From the NCBI GenBank assembly GCA_040752835.1, contig JBFMGG010000003.1, forward strand, positions 226,490 to 290,489: a DNA stretch of 64,000 bases, read 5' to 3'. The DNA is from Campylobacterota bacterium. GTDB taxonomy: Bacteria; Campylobacterota; Campylobacteria; Campylobacterales; Sulfurimonadaceae. This document shows, piece after piece, positions 39,220-47,848 of this stretch. A model generated the notes under the pieces. That model did not search any database and was not told the DNA's origin. It worked only from the letters and a program-made list of their open reading frames with translations. Position numbers and translations under genes: made by a program. Each line of letters opens with the position of its first letter. The stretch's first letter is position 1.

Positions 39220-41442
39220 ATGAAAAACACCCTATCCCTCCTCGGATTTCCCCGCATCGGAGAAAACCGGGAACTCAAATTCGCCCTCGAAAATTACTGG
39301 AAAGGCTCCATCAGCCTCTATGAACTGAGTACCCTCGCCGCCGATCTGCGCCGGCGCCACTGGCTGTTGCAGCGCGATGCCGGGATCGACACCGTCGCGA
39401 TCAACGATTTCAGCCTCTACGACAACATGCTCGATCTGATGGTCATCCTCGGTGCCGAACCGGAGCGCTTCGGCGATCTTTCCGATCCTCTGGAGCGCTA
39501 TTTTGCGATGGCACGCGGTGATGCGACCCACACCGCCCTGGAGATGACCAAATGGTTCAACACCAACTACCACTACCTCGTCCCCGAGCTGCACGAGCGT
39601 TTTGCATTCGGCGTCGTGAACGCCGACAAAATCATCGGCGAATGTCATGAAGCCAAAGCGCTCGGACTGAATGGGACCATTCAGCTCATCGGGCCGATGA
39701 CCTTTCTGGCCCTCTCCAAATGCCCCGAAGCAGTCCGCCGGGCGCTGTTCGACAAACTCCTCGCCCAGTACGCGACGCTGCTCGAAACGCTCGGAGCATT
39801 GGGGGCGACGATCGTCTTCCATGAACCCGCCCTCGTCTGCGATCCGACCCCCGAGGATCTCTCCCTCCTGAAAATCGCCTACGACCGGCTGGGAGTACTG
39901 GGAGAGATCCGCGTCGCGACCTATTTCGAACACTCCAACGAGGCGACGGCAGTACTCGTCCACACGCCGATTCGGGGTCTTGTCCTCGATTTCGTCCACG
40001 GAACCGACAACCTCGAATCGCTCCGGCGGATCGGAGAGAGCGGCAAAGAGCTCACGGTCGGGATCATCGACGGGCGTAATGTCTGGAAAAACGATCTCGC
40101 CGCCTCACTTGCGACGCTCCACACCATCGCAACGCATATCCCCAAAGAGCGGTTGAGTCTGAGTCCCTCGTGCTCGCTTCTGCACGTCCCCTACACTTTG
40201 CGTCACGAAAACGCCCTCGCTAATGAGGTCAGCTCGCTCCTGTCGTTTGCCGAAGAGAAACTCGCCGAACTCGCGGCCATTTCGTCAGCGTTTTTTGAAG
40301 GAAAACCCCTCCGGGCCGCAACAACAGGGATCAACCGTACCGACGAAGCGGTCCAGAAACGGCTAAATGCCCTCACGATTGCCCACTACAAACGCCCCTA
40401 CCCCTTTGAGCTGCGCCGGGAAGCCGCGCACGACCTGTTCGATCTACCGATCCTGCCGACGACGACCATCGGTTCGTTTCCTCAAACGGCCGACATCCGC
40501 AGAATCCGTCAGGAATTCAAAAAAGGGGTTATCTCTCACGAAGTTTATGAAGACGCCATGAAAGAGGCGATCCGGGAGTGCGTCGCATTTCAGGAGTCGA
40601 TCGGCCTCGACGTCCTCGTCCACGGCGAATTTGAACGCAACGACATGGTGGAGTATTTCGGCGAGAGGCTGAACGGTTTTGCGTTCAGCGCCAACGGCTG
40701 GGTCCAAAGCTACGGGAGCCGATGCGTCAAACCGCCGCTGCTCTACGCCGACGTCAGCCGCCCCGAGCCGATGACGCTGAAATGGAGCACGTTCGCGCAG
40801 AGTCTGACAAAGCGGCCGATGAAGGGGATGCTCACCGGTCCCGTGACGATTCTCAACTGGAGTTTCGTCCGTGACGACCAGCCCCGTTCGCTGAGCGCCA
40901 CCCAAATCGCCCTGGCGATCCGCGACGAAGTGGACGATCTGCAGCGCGACGGGATCACAATGATCCAGGTGGACGAGGCGGCGTTCAAAGAGGGGTATCC
41001 CCTTCGCCGCTCCAAACGGGCCGCATACGAGCAATGGGCACTGGAGAGTTTTCTTCTCTCGACCGCCGTCGCCGAACGCGATACCCAGATCCACACCCAC
41101 ATGTGCTACAGCGAATTCACCGACATCATCAAAACGATCGAATCGATGGATGCCGACGTCATCTCGATCGAAACGTCACGCAGCGGGAATCGTCTGCTGA
41201 AAATCTTCGCGGAGGTCGGCTACGCGCAGGAGGTGGGACCGGGGATCTACGACATCCACTCGCCTCGCGTACCGAGCGTTGAAGAGATGGAAAAACAGAT
41301 TTACGCATTGCTTGAGGTATTACCCGCCGACCAGCTCTGGATCAATCCCGACTGCGGGCTAAAAACCCGCGGATGGCCGGAGACAAAAGCGGCATTGGAA
41401 AATATGGTCGAAGCCGTTCATCGGGTACGCGCGACCCTCTAA
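39220..41442 (+). CDS. metE: Cobalamin-independent methionine synthase
   Basis: MKNTLSLLGFPRIGENRELKFALE... and the C-terminal Zn-site region HMCYSEF ... DCGLKTR. The ATG at 39220 follows TAAGGA. The track's TTG at 39196 adds 8 residues. Confidence 0.96.
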   Translation: MKNTLSLLGFPRIGENRELKFALENYWKGSISLYELSTLAADLRRRHWLLQRDAGIDTVAINDFSLYDNMLDLMVILGAEPERFGDLSDPLERYFAMARGDATHTALEMTKWFNTNYHYLVPELHERFAFGVVNADKIIGECHEAKALGLNGTIQLIGPMTFLALSKCPEAVRRALFDKLLAQYATLLETLGALGATIVFHEPALVCDPTPEDLSLLKIAYDRLGVLGEIRVATYFEHSNEATAVLVHTPIRGLVLDFVHGTDNLESLRRIGESGKELTVGIIDGRNVWKNDLAASLATLHTIATHIPKERLSLSPSCSLLHVPYTLRHENALANEVSSLLSFAEEKLAELAAISSAFFEGKPLRAATTGINRTDEAVQKRLNALTIAHYKRPYPFELRREAAHDLFDLPILPTTTIGSFPQTADIRRIRQEFKKGVISHEVYEDAMKEAIRECVAFQESIGLDVLVHGEFERNDMVEYFGERLNGFAFSANGWVQSYGSRCVKPPLLYADVSRPEPMTLKWSTFAQSLTKRPMKGMLTGPVTILNWSFVRDDQPRSLSATQIALAIRDEVDDLQRDGITMIQVDEAAFKEGYPLRRSKRAAYEQWALESFLLSTAVAERDTQIHTHMCYSEFTDIIKTIESMDADVISIETSRSGNRLLKIFAEVGYAQEVGPGIYDIHSPRVPSVEEMEKQIYALLEVLPADQLWINPDCGLKTRGWPETKAALENMVEAVHRVRATL

Positions 41443-41591
41443 CCGGGCTCCCTTGCGGGGGAGACTGCAACTTTTATTCCAAATAATAAAAATTTTCCTT
41501 TAGATCAGTGAGTTACTTTTACATGGTTTAGTTGCATTAAAGTTCCTGTGTTACAATTTCTGCACGTTAAAAAAAATCCAAAGGAAATCTC

Positions 41592-42188
41592 ATGCTCGTT
41601 ACCAAAAAAGCTCCCGATTTTACCGCAACAACCGTTCTGGGGAACAATCAGATCGTCGACAATTTCAACCTGTACGAAAATCTCGGACCCAAAGGGGCCG
41701 TACTGTTTTTCTACCCGCTCGACTTTACGTTCGTATGTCCTTCTGAAATCATCGCGTTCGACCACCGTCTTGACGAGTTCACCGCCCGCGGCATCAACGT
41801 TATCGGCGTATCGGTCGACTCTCAGTTCAGCCACTTCGCGTGGAAAAACACTCCCGTAAACCAGGGCGGTATCGGACAGGTCCGTTACCCTCTCGTCGCC
41901 GACCTGAACAAACAGATTTCACGCGATTACGACGTATTGTTCGGCGATTCAGTAGCACTTCGCGGTTCATTCCTGATCGACAAAGACGGAACGATCCGTC
42001 ACGCCGTTATCAACGACCTTCCACTCGGTCGTAACATCGACGAGATGCTCCGCATGATCGATGCGATGCTCTTCACCAACGAGCACGGCGAAGTGTGCCC
42101 TGCGGGATGGAACAAAGGCGACACCGGTATGAAAGCCAGCACCGAGGGTGTTGCGGAATACCTCGCTTCGCACGCGGATAGCCTTTAA
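41592..42188 (+). CDS. ahpC: 2-Cys peroxiredoxin (AhpC/TsaA)
   Basis: 198 aa. FFYPLDFTFVCPSEI (peroxidatic Cys) and C-terminal EVCPAGW (resolving Cys). Confidence 0.95.
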   Translation: MLVTKKAPDFTATTVLGNNQIVDNFNLYENLGPKGAVLFFYPLDFTFVCPSEIIAFDHRLDEFTARGINVIGVSVDSQFSHFAWKNTPVNQGGIGQVRYPLVADLNKQISRDYDVLFGDSVALRGSFLIDKDGTIRHAVINDLPLGRNIDEMLRMIDAMLFTNEHGEVCPAGWNKGDTGMKASTEGVAEYLASHADSL

Positions 42189-42190
42189 TC

Positions 42191-42222
42191 CTTCTTTCCC
42201 CTTGCGGGGAGAAGTCTCTTTT
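42191..42222 (+). terminator. Rho-independent terminator after ahpC
   Basis: CTTCttTCCCCttgcGGGGAGAAG followed by tctcTTTTaa. The core CCCTTGCGGGG recurs after metE at 41450-41461. Confidence 0.5.
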
Positions 42223-42248
42223 AATCCAAAACTCTCTATCCTTTCTTT

Positions 42249-42992
42249 ATGCAATACTCTTTTTTAGCCTCATATTTACTTATCATCTTTGCCCTCTGGT
42301 ATTCGCGCCGTGAAAACTTCGGTTTGGAAAAAACGATCCTGACCAACTCGATTCTTGCGATGGTGCAGCTGGGTCTGCTGGGGTACGGGCTCGTCTACCT
42401 CTTTAAAATCGAGCATCCGTCTGTGCTGTTTTTTGTCCTGCTCGGAATGGTCACCTTCGGCGCCTTCACGGCGAAAAAACGTTCGCCTCTGGGAGAGGAG
42501 AGTTTTAAAATCGCTTTTTTCACCCTCGGCGCCTCTTCGGGGATCGTATTTCTCTCGATGACGGCGTTCGGGGTGATCCACATGGTACCGCACGAGATGA
42601 TCCCCATCGGCGGGATGATCATCGGCAACGCCCTCAACGTCTACACCCAAAGTACCGAGCGGTTTCGCGCCGAGGTAAAAAACACGATCGAGACGATCGA
42701 GGGGATGGTGGCACTGGGTGCCCCACTCAAAGAGGCGCTCTCTTTTGCTTCCAAAGCATCGGTCAAAGCATCGATGATACCGACGATCAACATGCTTCAA
42801 ACGGTCGGAATCATCCATATCCCCGGGATTACGACGGGGATGCTCCTCGCCGGGGCCGATCCGCTTGAAGCGGTCTCGTATCAGCTTGCCGTCATGTACA
42901 TGATGGTCGCCGTGGCGCTCCTCTCGGCGTTGTTCGCTACGCTGTTTTCGTACCGCGCCATTATCGGAGCGGCGTTTACAGCCCCTCGCTGA
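42249..42992 (+). CDS. fetB: FetB/YbbM (UPF0014) family ABC-type iron-export permease
   Basis: 247 aa polytopic protein with a UPF0014-like sequence (ILAMVQLGLLGYGLVYLF..., IPGITTGMLLAG). No fetA-like ATPase is adjacent. Confidence 0.75.
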   Translation: MQYSFLASYLLIIFALWYSRRENFGLEKTILTNSILAMVQLGLLGYGLVYLFKIEHPSVLFFVLLGMVTFGAFTAKKRSPLGEESFKIAFFTLGASSGIVFLSMTAFGVIHMVPHEMIPIGGMIIGNALNVYTQSTERFRAEVKNTIETIEGMVALGAPLKEALSFASKASVKASMIPTINMLQTVGIIHIPGITTGMLLAGADPLEAVSYQLAVMYMMVAVALLSALFATLFSYRAIIGAAFTAPR

Positions 42993-44214
42993 ATCTTTGC
43001 GCCTTCGGATGGACAAAACAGAGTTTTTCCCACCCCCGATTCGGACGGATCAATGTCACCCGGTGCGCTGATACGGAACGCGAAAGGGCGACGTAAAACT
43101 GCGAAGGGGCGAAGATCTCGTTGGTCTCGATGACGTAATCGGCCAAACTCATCCCCTGCGATTTATGGATCGTGATCGCAAACGCCAACGTAAGAGGGAA
43201 CTGGCTGAGGGTGATGAGTTTCTCTTCGCTCGCCGTACTCCCTTTTTCCACCCAACGGGTTTTAGTGGTATCGACCCGCTCCACTTTCACACTGATCCCA
43301 TCGGCTTTTTTAACCCAAATCACCTCATCATCCATCGAGGTGATCCGTCCCCGCTCGCCGTTATAGTAGTTCCACGCATTGCGGGTAAAGAGGATCGGGG
43401 CACCCACTTTGAACGCCAAAATCGGCTCGATCCGGCTCTCGATCATAAAGCGCTCGACATCCCGATCCTGCATCTTTTTGTCGTGGATCGTGACATAGGT
43501 CTCCACCTCGATAATCTCGCCGTGCAGGTGATCCAACTGGGAACGGTTATGGTTTTGGGCGCTGATGTTTTTCCCAAACAGCAACGTCATCGTCGACATA
43601 TCACTGTTTAACGGTTTAACCAACGCTTCGAGGGCATGATGTGCCTCTTCATCGAGACGGGCATGACGCACTTTCTCCAGCAGGCCAAGAAACTCCGCCT
43701 CGTGGGTACGATAAGACCCCTCCAAATGGAGCGTCACCAATCCGAGCCGCTCCCATGAGGGAGATTCAAAGGCAAAATAGATCGGATCATTTCCCCGCGT
43801 CACGGGGGGAAGCTGCAAAAAGTCCCCCACTACGATGACCCGACCGTTAAACTCCGCCTGCAATAACCGCAAACGGATCATATCCAGCAGCGGCGCACCC
43901 ACCATCGAAATCTCATCAATCACGATGAGTTGCATGGATCGGATCAGTTTAAGGATTTTTTTCGAAGGTTCGATTTTCCCGTTCCGTTCGAGTTCCTCCA
44001 GCGAATTTGCGATCCCGAGATCGAAAAAACTGTGCAGCGTCTGCCCACCGATCAACGTCGCCGCCATCCCCGTTGAAGCAAGACGGGCAACGCTTTTGCC
44101 CTCTCTTTGGTACGCATCGATCACCGCCAGCGTCAGGGTAGTTTTCCCCGATCCCGCCCCACCGGTAATAAAGAGGTTGGAGCGTTCCAGAATGTTCAAG
44201 GCCGATTCAATCAT
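42976..44214 (-). CDS. Pif1/RecD-like SF1B DNA helicase
   Basis: 412 aa. Walker A ITGGAGSGKTT, Walker B LIVIDEISMV, VVGDFLQLPPV, TIHKSQG and YVALSR motifs. Start overlaps the upstream vWA gene stop by 8 nt. Confidence 0.85.
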   Translation of the reverse strand: MIESALNILERSNLFITGGAGSGKTTLTLAVIDAYQREGKSVARLASTGMAATLIGGQTLHSFFDLGIANSLEELERNGKIEPSKKILKLIRSMQLIVIDEISMVGAPLLDMIRLRLLQAEFNGRVIVVGDFLQLPPVTRGNDPIYFAFESPSWERLGLVTLHLEGSYRTHEAEFLGLLEKVRHARLDEEAHHALEALVKPLNSDMSTMTLLFGKNISAQNHNRSQLDHLHGEIIEVETYVTIHDKKMQDRDVERFMIESRIEPILAFKVGAPILFTRNAWNYYNGERGRITSMDDEVIWVKKADGISVKVERVDTTKTRWVEKGSTASEEKLITLSQFPLTLAFAITIHKSQGMSLADYVIETNEIFAPSQFYVALSRSVSAHRVTLIRPNRGWEKLCFVHPKAQRFSEGL

Positions 44215-45283
44215 AAGATCCTTTCAACACGATCACCCGCCCGAAAGGAACATCCGCTTCCGCAGGGGCGATCCACAACGTCTCATAGGGAGGTTCATAC
44301 GCCGGAAACGACCCGTCCAGATCGGTAAAATAGAGCAGCGTTCGGGGCTGAGCGTGCCACGTTTCGATCCGCTCGAACACGGGCCGAAAATCGGTCCCCC
44401 CTCCCCCGGTCAAAACGTAACCGATGTTTTCGCCGTTTTCAAACCGCGCGTGGGAGCGGATGCGATCGTCGCATACGAGCAAATCGACGCTGTAAGAACC
44501 GAAAAGTTCGAGGATCGATTCGATCTCGGCGATGAACTGAGCCAGTAAATCCTCATCGACCGATCCGGAGCTGTCGATCGCGATTGCAATATCCAGGTGG
44601 CGGGAATGGGCACCCGGAAGATAGATCCCTTCGTAAAGGAGTTTCTTGCTGGGAGGCAGGATCGTAAAATCGCTGATGTAATGTCCGCCCACCGCATCGC
44701 GCAGTTCGCTGCGCCAGTCGATCAAACACCCGCGCTCTTTTCCTAATAGCCGCATCACGGCATTATTGAGCGGATCGTTTTTGGCGAACGCCTCGCGGAC
44801 CCGCCGTTCTCTTTGGGCGCGGGACAGCTTCTCATCGGCATTCTCCCCCTCCCTCCCCTCGTCCGCGTCGCGGTCGCTGGGCTCCTGATCGAGAAATTCC
44901 AAAGCGAGTTCCGCATAGATCTCTTCGGCACTCAGCGTTCCGAAACGCTTATCGTACATCACCGCCGGCGGAACTTCGAACCCGTTGTCGACAAGGAGTG
45001 CATTGATCGCGTAATCGCAGGCCATATTCCACAGCCACGGGCTGCGGTTTCCCCGTCGAAAGGTATGGGAAAGCGCTTCATGGAGCGCCGCGTTGCTCAG
45101 TGCGAACAGTTTCTGGGCATCGTTCAATCCTTCGATGTAGCCGGCACGGTATTCAAACCGCCCCTCGCGAAAAGCGAAACTTTCAAGATTGTCATTCACG
45201 ACGCTCTCCATGCCCGCGGCGATCGTCCCGAAAAATGGGTGTTCGAGAAGCAGCCGCGCTTTGAGGGGAGAAAAATCGATCAT
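44207..45283 (-). CDS. Metallopeptidase-like N-domain plus vWA domain protein (DUF2201-type)
   Basis: ~358 aa from the ATG at 45283 (ATGA overlap with the AAA+ gene stop). The N-half has LHEALSHTF (zincin-like, variant spacing). The C-half has the MIDAS elements AIDSSGSV, GGGGTD and FTDLDG. Confidence 0.8.
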   Translation of the reverse strand: MIDFSPLKARLLLEHPFFGTIAAGMESVVNDNLESFAFREGRFEYRAGYIEGLNDAQKLFALSNAALHEALSHTFRRGNRSPWLWNMACDYAINALLVDNGFEVPPAVMYDKRFGTLSAEEIYAELALEFLDQEPSDRDADEGREGENADEKLSRAQRERRVREAFAKNDPLNNAVMRLLGKERGCLIDWRSELRDAVGGHYISDFTILPPSKKLLYEGIYLPGAHSRHLDIAIAIDSSGSVDEDLLAQFIAEIESILELFGSYSVDLLVCDDRIRSHARFENGENIGYVLTGGGGTDFRPVFERIETWHAQPRTLLYFTDLDGSFPAYEPPYETLWIAPAEADVPFGRVIVLKGSYD

Positions 45284-46281
45284 AACAGATACGCGTACGC
45301 TTCGACCCATTCCCCGAAAGCGTCCAGATGTTCCATCGCGACGCCGTGGCGCTGAAGGTCCTGAACGATGAGAACGGCAAATTCATTTTTGAGTTTCAGC
45401 GTATAGCGCAGCACGTGCGACACGGTTTTGTCCGAAGGAGATGCGAGGACCCGTCCCACCAGCGCCGAGGAGAGGGCATACAACGCCGAAAGCTCCTGCG
45501 GGGCCTCCGCATCTTCGCCCTCGACGATCGCGTCGATGTCGGGCAGGGCATCCATCACCTGCACAAATCCCAGAAAATCGACGGCGGCATCGTGTCCCAC
45601 CGCGCCGCCGATCGCATCGAGCCAAAGCGGACGGGGCAGATTTGCCGATAAGATCCGATGCACCGCCTCCCAGCTTCGGGGTGTAGGGAAACTCCGTTCG
45701 TTGCGCAAGGGATCGAATCCGAACAGCGCCTCGTTTTTAAAAGCGATATAGGCCGTCACCCGCGCGTCGATCCCCTCTCCCAACGCCCAGTCGCGCCAGT
45801 CGGCCGCATTGACTTCCATTTCGACGTGAACGAAACGGTTCGCCAGTGGGCTGGGGAGGCGGTATACGACGCCGCGATCCCCTTCGCGGTTTCCCGCAGC
45901 GACTATGGCCCATCCTTCGGGAAGCGTGTATTCCCCGACTTTGCGATCGAGGATCAGCTGGTAGGCCGAAGCCTGTACCGCCGGGGCGGCCGAGTTGAGT
46001 TCATCCAGGAACAAAATTCCCTCCCCGCCCCTGGGGAGAAACGACGGCGGCGCCCACATCGCACTGTGGGAATCACGTTCGTAAAACGGAATCCCTTTGA
46101 GATCGGTCGGATCGAGCAGGGAAAGACGCAAATCGATGCATTCCACCCCTCTCTCACGGGCAATCTGTTTGATGATCGACGATTTGCCGATTCCCGGTGC
46201 TCCCCATAAAAATGCGGGAATTTTCGCCCCGATCAAAGAACGCATGGTCGTCAAAGCGTCAAGGGTTCGCATCAGTGCCAT
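45280..46281 (-). CDS. MoxR-type (AAA_5-like) AAA+ ATPase
   Basis: 333 aa. Walker A LWGAPGIGKSS, Walker B ILFLDELNSA, sensor AAGN, and LANRF. The start (46281 or 46272) overlaps the upstream gene stop. Confidence 0.85.
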   Translation of the reverse strand: MALMRTLDALTTMRSLIGAKIPAFLWGAPGIGKSSIIKQIARERGVECIDLRLSLLDPTDLKGIPFYERDSHSAMWAPPSFLPRGGEGILFLDELNSAAPAVQASAYQLILDRKVGEYTLPEGWAIVAAGNREGDRGVVYRLPSPLANRFVHVEMEVNAADWRDWALGEGIDARVTAYIAFKNEALFGFDPLRNERSFPTPRSWEAVHRILSANLPRPLWLDAIGGAVGHDAAVDFLGFVQVMDALPDIDAIVEGEDAEAPQELSALYALSSALVGRVLASPSDKTVSHVLRYTLKLKNEFAVLIVQDLQRHGVAMEHLDAFGEWVEAYAYLL

Positions 46282-47531
46282 CCTATGTTGTGGGTTTGTA
46301 TGTGCCTGCCGAAGGCGGGATTGGTTTTGACCGCCCTCTCGAAGCGGCGGTCGAGGGAAAGTTGATACAGAAGTTCGATCGGCGTTGCGGGGTTGGCGGC
46401 AAGATGGCCGTGAACCTTCGGATCGTCCGAGCCGTAAAGTCTTTCGAGAAATCCTCCCGGCAACGAAGGATTCGACGCCAAAAATTCATCGTATCTTCCC
46501 GCATCCATCAGTGCCGCAGCGTGCCGCAGCACGAGCGAAGGATTCGCGGCCAGTGATTGCAAAACCGCCGTATCGTCCGTGTCCATGAGGGTATCTTGCA
46601 TCGCGTCGTCCAGCGAAGGGTTTGCCGCAAGCTCGGTGGCAAACGCGCCGCGAAGTTTTTCGAACAGCTCCCCCGACAGCAGGGCGTTGCGCGCGATACA
46701 ATCGGGAAAACGTTCCATCAGTACCGCCCTCCCCTCCGCCGAAAGGGTCGGGTTCCGGGCAAGCAGCTCATCAACGTCCCCCCTTCCCATCAGCTCCGTT
46801 TCCAGCAGCAGCGGTTCGCGTCTGGCGAGCAAGGCGGCACGCGAAAGGAGGAGTTTTCGCAACACGTCCAAAGGGGTGCGGGGGTGAAGCGCCATCGCGT
46901 CGAGAATGCCCGCAACCGAGCGGTCAACGGGGAAGTCGAGCTCTTTGGCGATCGGCGAAAGTGCGGCAACCGCGCCGATGAGTTCGTGCGTGCCGTAACG
47001 CTCGATCAGATGGGCAAGCCCGCTCATGGCATACTGGACGTTATGATTTTTCTCCGGATCGGCGTAAAAACGTCCGATGATCGCAGCGGTCACGTCCCGA
47101 TTACGGTCGTTGTCGAAAAGCCCTTCGTTTTGCCAGTCGTAGAGCCCGAGCAGCTTGAAAAAAAGCTCGTCGGTGATGTAGGGATTTGCCAAAAAATCGA
47201 CCAGCCGTTCCTGATCTTTTGAGAGTTTAAGGCTCATCAGGAGGCGGTTGGGTTCGATTGAGCGGCACAGCCACGCTTCGAGGGGCTCGAGTGCTTCGAC
47301 CGCTATGTTCCCCTCCGCATAGAGCCGTGCCGATTCCGCCTGCTCGTAGGGGTTCATCATCCTCCCCTCAAGCGCCAGCGCCACCTCGAAAGCCGGCATG
47401 CGTACCCACTCGATCCCGTGAAGCCTGAGAAGCCGCGTGAACTCCTCTTCACTCAGCGAACGGGTTTTTCCCAACAATAAAACCGATTTTCCGGAGAGCT
47501 CGGTGTAATCCATACGGGCATTATAATCCAT
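46272..47531 (-). CDS. Hypothetical protein: BRCT-like N-terminus plus LRV/HEAT-like ANPxL repeats
   Basis: 419 aa. LSGKSVLLLGKTRSLSEEEFTRLLRLHGIEWV resembles a BRCT core. The C-half carries repeated LARNPTLS, LAANPSLD, LAANPSLV, LASNPSLP and LAANPATP units at ~25-35 aa spacing. Domain calls are tentative. Confidence 0.6.
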   Translation of the reverse strand: MDYNARMDYTELSGKSVLLLGKTRSLSEEEFTRLLRLHGIEWVRMPAFEVALALEGRMMNPYEQAESARLYAEGNIAVEALEPLEAWLCRSIEPNRLLMSLKLSKDQERLVDFLANPYITDELFFKLLGLYDWQNEGLFDNDRNRDVTAAIIGRFYADPEKNHNVQYAMSGLAHLIERYGTHELIGAVAALSPIAKELDFPVDRSVAGILDAMALHPRTPLDVLRKLLLSRAALLARREPLLLETELMGRGDVDELLARNPTLSAEGRAVLMERFPDCIARNALLSGELFEKLRGAFATELAANPSLDDAMQDTLMDTDDTAVLQSLAANPSLVLRHAAALMDAGRYDEFLASNPSLPGGFLERLYGSDDPKVHGHLAANPATPIELLYQLSLDRRFERAVKTNPAFGRHIQTHNIGWH

Positions 47532-47587
47532 CAGCCTAAAAATAGGCCCGGCCGCTATAATAACGGCAACTTTTTAAAGGATTGACG

Positions 47588-47848
47588 ATGGAACGACTGA
47601 TTGAGGGGATCAACGCCTACAACGCCGGAGAATTTTCCCGTGCATACGAAATCCTATACCCGCTGGCCCAATACGAGCGCGACGACGAAGCGCAACTGTA
47701 CGTCGGAATGATGTATTTTTACGGGGAAGGACTCGAGCAAAGCGAAGAAAAAGCGATGGAATGGTGGAAAAAAGCGATGCGTTCGGGAAATCAGGATGCC
47801 GCGTATCGCCTCAGCGAGCTTAAAACCTCGACCAAAACGACGTTTTAG
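47588..47848 (+). CDS. Sel1-like repeat (SLR/TPR-type) small protein
   Basis: 86 aa from the ATG at 47588. AQLYVGMMYFYGEGLEQSEEKAMEWWKKAMRSGNQDAAYRL matches a Sel1 repeat. No signal peptide. Confidence 0.6.
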   Translation: MERLIEGINAYNAGEFSRAYEILYPLAQYERDDEAQLYVGMMYFYGEGLEQSEEKAMEWWKKAMRSGNQDAAYRLSELKTSTKTTF

